Below are positions 1 through 8,291 of a DNA stretch of 34,510 nt, piece after piece. Numbering within the stretch: the first letter of the stretch is position 1; the number at the start of each line of letters is the position of its first letter. The position numbers were made by a program, and so were the translations under genes. A model generated the notes under the pieces. That model saw only the letters and a list, made by a program, of their open reading frames with translations. It made no database searches and was not told the DNA's origin. This DNA comes from Candidatus Anstonellales archaeon (lineage in GTDB: Archaea; Micrarchaeota; Micrarchaeia; Anstonellales; J096), in the NCBI GenBank assembly GCA_038890615.1, contig JAWAFI010000001.1:1-34510 (forward strand). Direction: 5' to 3'.

Positions 1-1137
1 GAAAAGATACTTAAAAGTATAAAATATGAAAGAAAAACTAGCGGAGATATTATTGGATTAGTGGAGAATAAATCTGCAAAATCAAGAACTTTGTTAATTC
101 CTGTATATAAAGAACGTAAAGAAGCTATTAAAATAGAGGAGTTGCCTAAATTCGAAGGTAATAAAAAATTATTAACTGCTTTTTTAGAATGGTTTGAAGA
201 TGATAGAATCATCTATTCTACTTTTTCAGATTATAACCATAATATAAAACCAAAAGATATCAAAAAGATTAAAGAGTTTCTAGAAAAGGGTAACTTTAAA
301 GACTCTGACTCTTCAGATATTTTTGTAAAAACAAATCAGCTTTTCAATCATATTAATATTATTTTAAAAGATTTTGAGAAATTTAAACAATTAGAAAATG
401 AAATAATCCATTTCAAAAAAATCAAAGTTATCTTGAGTTTAACAGAATTACAGGAATTAGGGGATAAGATAAAACGAGTTAGTGGATATGATGATTCTGT
501 CAAAGAAAAATTAAAACAATTGCTAGAATCTAAAAAAATAGATATTAATGAATACACCAATAAAATAGAGGAGATTAGTAAAACCTCTAGTGAAGAGAAA
601 TTCAAAGACTTAAAAATTAAGAGTATAAAAAATCATTACTATCTTCCTTTAATAATCTCTGAAAATGATAAAATAGATTACATAAATCATATAATAAAAG
701 TTGAAAGTGAAAGAAAATTTATTGAGAATCTTGAAGAATATCTAAAAAAAGATGGCAATATATTCAAAGCTTGCAATTGGTGGATGTTCAGTAAAATTGA
801 TGAAAATCTTGATGAAATCTACATTCCTTACTATAATAAATCTATTAATAAAATTGAAAAGTTTAAACCAGATTTTATTTTTTGGTTAAAAAAAGGAGAT
901 GAATATTTTATAATCTTTATAGACCCCAAAAGTATAAAGTACACTGACTTTGAATACAAAGTAGATGGTTATAAAAGAATATTTGAGAAAGAAGGGGAAA
1001 TAATTGTTTTTGATGTAGAAGGAAATAAGATAAAAGTCTACTTATTCCTGTATACAGAAGATAAAAATAAATTATCAGAAGGTTATAAAAAATATTGGTT
1101 TGATAATTTTGAAAATATTGAAGATCTTTTATGTTGA
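1..1137 (+). CDS. Type III restriction endonuclease Res-like subunit, C-terminal part (5' end outside window)
   Basis: Frame 1 is open from base 1. It carries ESERKFI, WWMFSKIDE and FKPDFIFW...IFIDPK (PD-(D/E)xK nuclease), as in Res C-termini. The DNA is much more AT-rich than the rest of the window. Confidence 0.75.
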   Translation, partial: EKILKSIKYERKTSGDIIGLVENKSAKSRTLLIPVYKERKEAIKIEELPKFEGNKKLLTAFLEWFEDDRIIYSTFSDYNHNIKPKDIKKIKEFLEKGNFKDSDSSDIFVKTNQLFNHINIILKDFEKFKQLENEIIHFKKIKVILSLTELQELGDKIKRVSGYDDSVKEKLKQLLESKKIDINEYTNKIEEISKTSSEEKFKDLKIKSIKNHYYLPLIISENDKIDYINHIIKVESERKFIENLEEYLKKDGNIFKACNWWMFSKIDENLDEIYIPYYNKSINKIEKFKPDFIFWLKKGDEYFIIFIDPKSIKYTDFEYKVDGYKRIFEKEGEIIVFDVEGNKIKVYLFLYTEDKNKLSEGYKKYWFDNFENIEDLLC

Positions 1138-1387
1138 TTTTATTGTAAAATTTAAAGACGGCTCAATAGGCCTATTTGATGCAAAAAGCGGAATAACAGC
1201 AAAAGATGCGAAGGAAAAAGCCGAAGCTCTGCAAAAATACATAAAAGAACAAAACAAAAAAGGTAAAAAACTAGTCGGCGGAATTATTGCACAGAAAAGA
1301 AAAGGAGATGAAACTCTTTACTTAAATGACAAAGATATTTATGAATATAATCAAAATTTAGGTGGTTGGAAGATATTAGAATTATAA
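1124..1387 (+). pseudogene. Orphan C-terminal PD-(D/E)xK nuclease fragment of a second Res-like gene
   Basis: FYVDFIVKFKDGSIGLFDAKSG...KAEALQKY resembles the FxPDFIV...(E/D)xK end of Res proteins. It lacks a helicase part and a convincing start, and overlaps the upstream stop in another frame. Confidence 0.6.
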
Positions 1388-1440
1388 GCCCCAGCCCTTA
1401 TGGAGAAATTGAATGATAAAAAAATAAGAAAAAACTGCGG

Positions 1441-1536
1441 CAACAACATAAATTTTTTTCAACTCTGTTCGGATTTTTCAGCCATATGGGGAAAATTCTC
1501 ACGAGGAAAAACTTCGTTTACCCGCATATGTTGTGT
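1441..1536 (+). mobile_element. Degenerate integron attC-like palindromic site
   Basis: ACAACATA (1443-1450) and TATGTTGT (1527-1534) form an inverted pair with AAC...GTT cores. The right arm reads ACTTCGTTTACCCGCATATGTT. The site lies at the AT-rich/host boundary. Confidence 0.35.
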
Positions 1537-2261
1537 TAGGGCGAAAGAGGGTATTTTGCCATATATAGGTGTGATTGAAGCACTATAAGGTAGGGAAACA
1601 GGAGCAATGAATTCACCAAGAGGATTACAATAGGGGAGATTGATGAAGGAAGGATTGCAAATAGCATAAGCTCAACTGCGCTTAATGCTATGAAGGCAGT
1701 GCCAATCCAAAGCACTAGCAAGTGAAGCTTCCTGCTAAGCATTTTCACTGACTCTGAAATTGCTCTTATCGGGCTAAGGTCATCAATCACTATTGCAGGT
1801 GGGACGAAAAACAGGAGCACTGATGCAAAAAGGGTAAAAAGCGGATAAAGGAAGGAGTGGTAGGGCAGGTCTATTGTAATCAGCTGGACAAGCAGGGAGA
1901 AAAGTATTAGCACTGAATAGATTAGGAAAACCCAGATTGCATACCTTCCAAACCCTTCTATTATGCTTTCCTTTATCTTTGTAAGAGTTTTCTCCTCTTT
2001 TATCACTATGTTTATATTGACCACTACATCGCTTATTATGAAAAGTGAAACTAGGTAAAATAAGATTATTAACGCTGAATCAGCAGAGGTTAAGTTGCCT
2101 ATGCTACCTGTGCGAAGGAATGCTGAACCCAAAGCTATGTAAGTTGGCGCAGGAAGCAGGTAGATTATAAACAGGGAAAGAAGCCCTGGCACTGAAAGAA
2201 GCATTATTGCCGGAAGGTGCTTTTTGAATGTGTAGAGTGCATCTTTGAGATAGTAAAGCAT
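1536..2261 (-). CDS. Polytopic membrane protein (about 6 TM), unknown function
   Basis: Alternating hydrophobic segments and a PPAIVIDD..PIRAISES motif typical of conserved archaeal membrane proteins. TTTAAATA lies about 25 nt upstream. Confidence 0.75.
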   Translation of the reverse strand: MLYYLKDALYTFKKHLPAIMLLSVPGLLSLFIIYLLPAPTYIALGSAFLRTGSIGNLTSADSALIILFYLVSLFIISDVVVNINIVIKEEKTLTKIKESIIEGFGRYAIWVFLIYSVLILFSLLVQLITIDLPYHSFLYPLFTLFASVLLFFVPPAIVIDDLSPIRAISESVKMLSRKLHLLVLWIGTAFIALSAVELMLFAILPSSISPIVILLVNSLLLFPYLIVLQSHLYMAKYPLSP

Positions 2262-2307
2262 GTTTAGTAATTAGGGGAGGTTATTTAAAAGATTATTGAA
2301 ACTCTGC

Positions 2308-4497
2308 TCAGTCCATAAAGTCCTTTGGAGTAGGAGGCTCAGGGCTCTCACCCTTCCTCTTTCTTATGCTCGAAACAACCTCTTTCATAAGCTCCTTCGG
2401 AAGAGGGTCAAAGCCAGCATATTCTTGATACCATATTGCTCTTCCTTGCGTTACCCCCCTGAGGGCATTTGAGAAGCCAAACATTTCAGCAACAGGGAAT
2501 ATAGCGTGGATAGTTGCTGTTTCTTCTTCCTGCTCCATGTTTATAAGCTGGCCCCTCCTTGAACCAAGGAATGTTAGCACAGCTCCTGCAAAATCCTGCG
2601 GGACTTGTATTAACACTTTTTGCTTTGGCTCCAAAAGGATGGGATTTGCCATAAGAATTGCTGCATAGATTGGCCTCTTTATTGCAGGAATCACTTGTGC
2701 AGGCCCCCTATGGATGGCATCTTCGTGGACAGATGCATCCACAAGCTTGACTTTTATTCCTATTGTCTTCTCTTTTGCGAGCGCGCCCTTGTCCAAGGCC
2801 TCCTCAAACCCCTGCACAAGAAGCTCTTCACATTCATTCAAGTATTGGATTCCCTTAGTAGCATCTATGAAGACGCTTTTGTTATAAACATCCCAGACAT
2901 TCTTCGCCTCGTCCCTGCTCATCCCCGCCTTTATGTATGCCTCTATTGCCTCCTTGCCCTTTGGCCTTCCTTCAGGGATCTGGCCTTCCTCTATTGCTTT
3001 CTGGAGCTCTGGCTCAAGGGGCTCTACAGTTACTATGAAGCGGTTGTGCTTGTTTGGCGATTTGCCTTCCACTTCAGGGCTCTTTGATGTTATTGTTTCT
3101 CGATATGAAACTATTGGGGGTGAAGTAATTATCTCAACCCCTTTTTCTACGCGTATTTTATATTCAATGATTTCAAGGTGGAGCTCACCCATTCCTGACA
3201 TTAAGTGCTCGCCTGTTTCTTGGTTAAGCTCTATCTTTAATGTAGGGTCTTCTTTTGAAAGGGTCATAAGGACCTCCACAAGCTTTCCAAGCTCCTTGGG
3301 GTTCTTTGCCTCTATTGACTTGGTTACAACCGGCTCAGAATAGTGCTTTATCTGCTCAAATGGCTCAATTGGCTTTGAGCTCACTGTTTCACCAATGAAA
3401 AGATCACGGACTCCAACAACCCCTACTATGTTCCCTGCTACAACCCTGTTTACAGGCACCCTATCGGGCCCCATATAGATTGCAACCTGCTGCACCTTTG
3501 AGTATGTCTTCTTTGAGTATACATACAGGTCATCCCCTTTCTTAATGCTGCCTGAGAAAAGCCTTATGATTCCTACTTCTCCTGCATGTTTGTCATAAAC
3601 TATGCCGAAGCATACCCCTATTATTGGCCCATCTGGGTTGCAGGAGATCATGCTTTTTCCTTCTTCGCTTGAAGGATCTCCTTTCCAAAGCACCGGAACT
3701 CTGTAAGCCTGCGCGGCCTTTGGGTTGGGTAGATTCTTTATGACCATCTCAAGAAGCACTTCGTCCAACGGGCTTTTCTCAACCAGCCATGCATGATCCC
3801 CTAATGAGCACTTCTCATATATATCCTTAAAACCTATCTTGAACTTTTGCATTGAAGAAACGCTTACTGCCCATTTGTGGAATGCGCTCCCAAAAGCAAT
3901 GTTCCCCTTGTCCACCCTTATGAGCCAATCATCCTTGTGCTCTTTTGGAGCATTTGCTGAAATTATCTTGTTTATGTGGTTAAGTATCTTTATTATCCTT
4001 GCTTGCATCTGCTCTTGGTTGATCTTAAGCTCGTTGATGAGCCTGTCTATCTTGTTTATGAAAACAACTGGCTTTGCCTTCTCCTTGAGCGCCTGCCTCA
4101 GCACTGTTTCTGTCTGAGGCATCACGCCCTCAACTGCGTCAACCACAAGCACGACTCCGTCAACAGCGCGCATTGCCCTGGTAACATGGCCGCCAAAGTC
4201 AACATGGCCCGGCGTGTCAATTAGGTTGATTACATAGGTCTTGCCTTCAAATGTAAAGCCAAGGGATATGTTGGCTGCCTTTATAGTAATGCCGCGGGCC
4301 TGCTCCTGCTCATCAAAATCCATTATCCTCTGCTCGCCTGCAAGCTCCTTAGATATAAGCCCTGCACGCGCTACAAGCGAATCAGTCATTGTGGTCTTAC
4401 CATGGTCAACATGGGCAACTATAGCGATGTTCCTGACAAGCTCTATATTATTCATTATCTTTTCTACTTCTTCTGCAACCATCTCTTTCTTTGCCAT
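2308..4497 (-). CDS. fusA: Translation elongation factor 2 (aEF-2)
   Basis: AHVDHGKTT, RGITI, DTPGHVDF and NKID GTPase motifs, plus the diphthamide loop HEDAIHRGPAQ. Follows rps7. Confidence 0.98.
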   Translation of the reverse strand: MAKKEMVAEEVEKIMNNIELVRNIAIVAHVDHGKTTMTDSLVARAGLISKELAGEQRIMDFDEQEQARGITIKAANISLGFTFEGKTYVINLIDTPGHVDFGGHVTRAMRAVDGVVLVVDAVEGVMPQTETVLRQALKEKAKPVVFINKIDRLINELKINQEQMQARIIKILNHINKIISANAPKEHKDDWLIRVDKGNIAFGSAFHKWAVSVSSMQKFKIGFKDIYEKCSLGDHAWLVEKSPLDEVLLEMVIKNLPNPKAAQAYRVPVLWKGDPSSEEGKSMISCNPDGPIIGVCFGIVYDKHAGEVGIIRLFSGSIKKGDDLYVYSKKTYSKVQQVAIYMGPDRVPVNRVVAGNIVGVVGVRDLFIGETVSSKPIEPFEQIKHYSEPVVTKSIEAKNPKELGKLVEVLMTLSKEDPTLKIELNQETGEHLMSGMGELHLEIIEYKIRVEKGVEIITSPPIVSYRETITSKSPEVEGKSPNKHNRFIVTVEPLEPELQKAIEEGQIPEGRPKGKEAIEAYIKAGMSRDEAKNVWDVYNKSVFIDATKGIQYLNECEELLVQGFEEALDKGALAKEKTIGIKVKLVDASVHEDAIHRGPAQVIPAIKRPIYAAILMANPILLEPKQKVLIQVPQDFAGAVLTFLGSRRGQLINMEQEEETATIHAIFPVAEMFGFSNALRGVTQGRAIWYQEYAGFDPLPKELMKEVVSSIRKRKGESPEPPTPKDFMD

Positions 4498-4501
4498 AAT
4501 A

Positions 4502-5104
4502 TCACCTGGCGCTCTTGGCTATCCTTTCAATTTCATCCTTTTTCTTTATGGAATAGCTGTTCTGGTGGTCCCCTTGCGCAGTAAATATTATCTCATCTGC
4601 CAGCGCATCGTCAATCTTTTTCTTTTTATTGAAAGAGGATAAGATTGTTGAAAGCGCTATGTTGCGGAGAGCCATGTCCAATCTCCTTGTAGCTGAAAGG
4701 TCAACTGCCAACTGGTATGAAACCCCTCCATATGCAACCCTGGTAATATCCTCGTTTGGCGCTGCATTCTCAAGCGCTTTTACGAAAACCTGCAAGGGGT
4801 TCTTCTTTGTCTTTTCCTCAATCTTGAGAAAGGCATTTTCCACAACCTTGATCAGCCTTAGCTTCTTCCCCTGCAACTGACCTCCGCTCCTTATAACCTT
4901 GCCTGAGGTCTTCTCACCAGTCCCTCCCCTCATAAGCTTGTTCACAAGGCGCTCTACGACATTTACAGAGCCCTTCTTAAGCGAGCCCTTTATGTGCCTT
5001 CCGTGCGTGTGCGGAACCCTCACAGGAGTGAAAGAAATAACCTGAGCCAATGACTTGTCCTCAACAATTATCCCTTCTGTTTCCCATCTGTTAAAGAGTT
5101 TCAT
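4502..5104 (-). CDS. rps7: 30S ribosomal protein uS7
   Basis: VERLVNKLM, NPLQVFVKALENAAP and KKKDEIERIAKSAR, in the rps12-rps7-fusA order. Confidence 0.97.
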   Translation of the reverse strand: MKLFNRWETEGIIVEDKSLAQVISFTPVRVPHTHGRHIKGSLKKGSVNVVERLVNKLMRGGTGEKTSGKVIRSGGQLQGKKLRLIKVVENAFLKIEEKTKKNPLQVFVKALENAAPNEDITRVAYGGVSYQLAVDLSATRRLDMALRNIALSTILSSFNKKKKIDDALADEIIFTAQGDHQNSYSIKKKDEIERIAKSAR

Positions 5105-5108
5105 CTTA

Positions 5109-5534
5109 TTACCTCTTTGCCTTCTCCTTCTTTCCTTTTCTGAGCATCTGCAAATCTACTCCATTTACTGAAACAACCTTGTAGCGCACCCCTGGGATTG
5201 AGCCCATCTGGCCTCTCTGCGACCCTCCAAGCCCTGCTATCTCCACTTCATCGTGCTCTTCTATGAAGCTTATTGCCTTATTCCTCGGGGCATGGGCAGT
5301 AACCACCCTTCCATCCTTGAGCTGCACCCTAACGCACTTTACAAGGCCCGAGTGGGGCTGCTTCTGCTCAAGCACCACCTTTTTTATTACTATGCCGCTT
5401 TTCTGAGGGGACTTGCCCATCGGGTCATACTTTGCCTTGAGCTTGAGCTTTCTTGCTTTCCACTTCTTGCTTTTCCACTTTAGCTTCTTCCTCTTCCTTA
5501 GGAGGTTTCTTCCTGCGAATTCTCCGTTTGCCAT
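5109..5534 (-). CDS. rps12: 30S ribosomal protein uS12 (archaeal S23 type)
   Basis: KCVRVQL, FIEEHDEV and IPGVRYKVV. GGTGA Shine-Dalgarno upstream. Confidence 0.97.
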   Translation of the reverse strand: MANGEFAGRNLLRKRKKLKWKSKKWKARKLKLKAKYDPMGKSPQKSGIVIKKVVLEQKQPHSGLVKCVRVQLKDGRVVTAHAPRNKAISFIEEHDEVEIAGLGGSQRGQMGSIPGVRYKVVSVNGVDLQMLRKGKKEKAKR

Positions 5535-5660
5535 TAATTCACCATTTAGGCTAATACAAGTTTAGGGAATAGCGGTGCCACCATTTAAAAAACTTTCTAT
5601 GAGGGGGCAAAGCAATAGGAGGGGTAGAAGGCTTAAAAATATGGGCCAAAGAACAGATTT

Positions 5661-6266
5661 ATGAAGATTGAGAAGAAGGAGAAAAGGGGCACAGGGGTAA
5701 GGGGAGGAATAGGGGAGGGGATGGCGCAGGAAGGGGAGGGGAGGAGGATAGGGGAGGAAGAGGTATTTAGGAGGGTCTTGAGGAGTGTTAGGAGCGGGGC
5801 AGAGGATAAGGAGGCATTTGAGGAGCTTAGGAGGATTAATAAGGAGAGGAGGGAAGAACATAAGGAGAGGGCTAAGGAGCTGGGGAAGGAGTTGTATGAA
5901 GAGTCTTGTAAAAAAGAATATTCTTTGGACAAGGTGGTAATGCTGGTGCTGGAAGGGGCTGATTTGGAGTTTAAGGATGATTATGGATGGACGGCGTTGA
6001 TGAGGGCTGCGTTGAATAGCAAGAAAGATGCTGTTAAGGTCATGCTTGAAAATGGAGCAAATCCTTTTTTGAAAAGTAATAAAGGGAGAAAAGCAATTGA
6101 TTTTGCTGGAGATGAAGAAACTAAAGGTCTTTTAAGAGAGTTTATTAGTAAAATGGATAAAAGGGTTAAGGAAAGGATGGAAAGGGAGGCTGAACTGAGG
6201 TTTTCGCTTATAGAATGCAATAAGGAAAAAGCAAAAGGTTTGATGAGGGAGGTGCTGAGTGGTTAA
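5661..6266 (+). CDS. Ankyrin-repeat family protein (member A)
   Basis: GADLEFKDDYGWTALMRAA...GANPF ankyrin motifs, the shared N-terminal RIGEEEVFRRVL..EDKEAFEELRRINKERR module and a C-terminal CNKEKA helix. TTAAAAAT lies about 25 nt upstream. Confidence 0.9.
   Translation: MKIEKKEKRGTGVRGGIGEGMAQEGEGRRIGEEEVFRRVLRSVRSGAEDKEAFEELRRINKERREEHKERAKELGKELYEESCKKEYSLDKVVMLVLEGADLEFKDDYGWTALMRAALNSKKDAVKVMLENGANPFLKSNKGRKAIDFAGDEETKGLLREFISKMDKRVKERMEREAELRFSLIECNKEKAKGLMREVLSG
5735..5857 (+). repeat. 123-bp inverted repeat, partner at 7922-8044
   Basis: Direct alignment of the two ankyrin genes' conserved module shows only two mismatches (gag/gat, gca/gct). Confidence 0.9.
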
Positions 6267-6287
6267 TTTTTAAAATTCTGAGTGATT

Positions 6288-6316
6288 AAGGCTAAAAAGG
6301 GCTTTGGAGGAAAATA
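6288..6316 (+). promoter_or_regulatory. Orphan copy of the ankyrin-gene promoter/leader element
   Basis: AAGGCTAAAAAGGGCTTTGGAGGAAAATA matches AAGGTTAAAAAGTCTTTGGAGGAAAATA upstream of member B (8144-8171, minus strand), but no gene follows it. Confidence 0.6.
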
Positions 6317-6349
6317 GGAGGCATTGATGCAGGCCAAAAGAGCAAATGT

Positions 6350-6994
6350 TCATTTTTTTCTAGTTGCCAGAACATAGCCGCCAATAAGCACTAGGAGCAG
6401 GATTACAAAGGAGAGGATGTATAGGGCTATTGGCTGTGGCTTTGTCAGGAAGTAAGGGGCTGATGAAGGGAGGGGGGCCTGTATTGCAGGATCACCAAAA
6501 CAGCGCATGCAGTACTCTTGGCCATTTGAGCAGATGCAGTTTGCCTCAAGCGCTTTCCACTGGCCTGCGCAGTAGTATATGTTCTTGGAAGAGGAGGAAA
6601 GCGAGGAGATCAAGCTGATCTCTGAATCAGAAAGGGAAATTATGCCTGCATCCTTCATTGCCAAAAGGTCGCTTGAAACAAGGGAAGGCCAATCAAAATT
6701 GGCTGGGTCAATGGAAGAAGCCTGAATGGCCCCATCTTGGGCTATTGAGTAGGGGAGGCGGAAAAGGATTCCGTGCCTATCTTGGCTTGAAACGAATATT
6801 ATTGCCACTTCTGGGTTGGAAGGGGAGCGGAGGGTTATGTAATCTCCTGAGAAAGCGCATGTATCTTTTGTGCATAGGGAAGAAAGCAATGTGCTGTCAA
6901 AATCAACAGATATAAAAACAGTGAACTGGTGGTCAAGAGCTACGCATGCGAAAAGAGGGTTCAAAAGCATTAGCAAAAGCAAGGCGTTTTTCAT
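6350..6994 (-). CDS. Secreted, membrane-anchored Cys-containing protein of unknown function
   Basis: N-terminal hydrophobic signal (MKNALLLLMLLNPLFAC), several Cys and a C-terminal TM helix followed by RKK. Confidence 0.75.
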   Translation of the reverse strand: MKNALLLLMLLNPLFACVALDHQFTVFISVDFDSTLLSSLCTKDTCAFSGDYITLRSPSNPEVAIIFVSSQDRHGILFRLPYSIAQDGAIQASSIDPANFDWPSLVSSDLLAMKDAGIISLSDSEISLISSLSSSSKNIYYCAGQWKALEANCICSNGQEYCMRCFGDPAIQAPLPSSAPYFLTKPQPIALYILSFVILLLVLIGGYVLATRKK

Positions 6995-7098
6995 GCAAAT
7001 ATGAAAACTAAAGGATTTAAATTGATTTTGAGTAGGTTAGGAAAACACCTAAAATGACAGAATGCAAATACCTGCAAGAGAAAAAACTATCCCTCTCT

Positions 7099-7343
7099 TT
7101 ATATAATCTCTTTTATTTCTTCATCTTTTGCCAAACCATAAGCTGTCCATCCTCCCCCGCCTACAATAAAAGGATCAGCCCCTGCCTTAACCAGCACCTC
7201 CACAGCCTCCTTATACCTATATACACCAACCTACATCAACGCCGTCTATCCATGATCCTTTCCTCCTTTAAACCACTCCTCTCAATTCCTTTAGAAGAGC
7301 CCTTCTTTTCCTTCCCTTTCTTATCCTCTTTTTCAATTGCCAC
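7099..7343 (-). pseudogene. Internally deleted ankyrin-family pseudogene
   Basis: Starts GTG-AIEKEDKKGKEKKGSSKGIERSGLKEER, identical to the member C leader. It then jumps out of frame into G*TALM*...AGADPFIVGGGGWTAYGLAKDEEIKEII*. Bases 7102-7185 are identical to 7540-7623. Confidence 0.85.
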
Positions 7344-7383
7344 AATATCCTTTCCTACCCTTTTCTTTTTAACCCTTGCTCAC

Positions 7384-8139
7384 TTAGACTAGCATCTTCC
7401 TAACAATTATCCCAGCAGCTCTTTTATTGCAATCTTTTAACATATATTTTAAACCCATTAAAACTATTTCCATTTCTTCTTCTGTTAATTTTTCACCTTT
7501 TTCTGTTTTTTTAACCAATGCCTCTGCTTCATATATCCTTATAATCTCTTTTATTTCTTCATCTTTTGCCAAACCATAAGCTGTCCATCCTCCCCCGCCT
7601 ACAATAAAAGGATCAGCCCCTGCTTCCAAAAGCATTTCTACAATTTCTCTACTAGCCCTATTTTTAGCAGCATCCATCAAAGCCGTACTTTTCCATTTAT
7701 CCTTCACATCCAACTTCACCCCAACCTTCAAAAGTATCTTAACAATCTCCTTACTATTCCAGTAAACAGCACCCATCAAAGCCGTCCTTCCATCTTCAGC
7801 CTGCACATCCAAATTAGCCCCTTCCAAAATCAGCCTTAAAACCTTTTCAACACTATGAGGATAGCTTCTGCATTCCTGCATCAAATTCTCCCCTAAATAA
7901 TTAGCTTTTATCTCTCCAATCTCTTCCCTCCTCTCCTTATTAATCCTCCTAAGCTCCTCAAAAGCCTCCTTATCCTCTGCCCCGCTCCTAACACTCCTCA
8001 AGACCCTCCTAAATACCTCTTCATCCCCTATCCTCCTCCCCTCCACTTTCCCTTCCACACCAATCCCTTCCTTTCCTTCCTTGGTCGTTTCCTTGCTCGT
8101 AGAACCCTCTTTTTCCTTATCTTTCCCCTTTACCTCCAT
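7384..8139 (-). CDS. Ankyrin-repeat family protein (member B)
   Basis: GANLDVQAEDGRTALMGA, KDKWKSTALMDAA and GADPF repeats, the shared N-module and C-terminal CNKRAAGII. Confidence 0.9.
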   Translation of the reverse strand: MEVKGKDKEKEGSTSKETTKEGKEGIGVEGKVEGRRIGDEEVFRRVLRSVRSGAEDKEAFEELRRINKERREEIGEIKANYLGENLMQECRSYPHSVEKVLRLILEGANLDVQAEDGRTALMGAVYWNSKEIVKILLKVGVKLDVKDKWKSTALMDAAKNRASREIVEMLLEAGADPFIVGGGGWTAYGLAKDEEIKEIIRIYEAEALVKKTEKGEKLTEEEMEIVLMGLKYMLKDCNKRAAGIIVRKMLV

Positions 8140-8194
8140 AATTTATTTTCCTCCAAAGACTTTTTAACCTTGAGTATAGATGCAAAAAGATATT

Positions 8195-8290
8195 CGCCGA
8201 GGGTGGGATTCGAACCCACATGCCTTTTCAGGCACCAGATTGCCCAAAACCCTCGAGTCTGGCGCGTTGACCTGGTTCCGCCACCTCGGC
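8195..8290 (-). tRNA. tRNA-Ser(CGA) with 11-nt intron at 37/38 (intron 8241-8251)
   Basis: Acceptor GCCGAGG/CCTCGGC, anticodon stem CCAGA/TCTGG, loop CT-CGA-G[GGTTTTGGGCA]A, long variable arm TGCCT-GAAA-AGGCA, GTTCGAATC T-loop and discriminator G. CCA is not encoded. Confidence 0.93.
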
Positions 8291-8291
8291 A

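Noticed and set aside
1400..1588. 62-aa ORF
   Set aside because: It has no recognisable motif and runs through the palindromic element into the convergent gene.
2620..4880. Multiple short ORFs antisense to EF-2 and uS7, and similar ones opposite other core genes
   Set aside because: They are shadow ORFs fully overlapping well-supported genes and have no independent motifs.
7225..7245. TAG recoding (alternative genetic code) in the pseudogene
   Set aside because: TAG is used as a normal stop elsewhere (AAA ATPase, aminotransferase, rpoP), and the locus also has a frameshifting deletion.
7054..7392. 112-aa plus-strand ORF
   Set aside because: It is the antisense shadow of the ankyrin pseudogene, as are the ORFs at 5562-5932, 12503-12967 and 13039-13741.
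7102..7623. Diversity-generating retroelement TR/VR pair
   Set aside because: The two 84-bp copies are identical rather than differing at adenines, differences among ankyrin repeats are not A-specific, and no reverse transcriptase is in the window.
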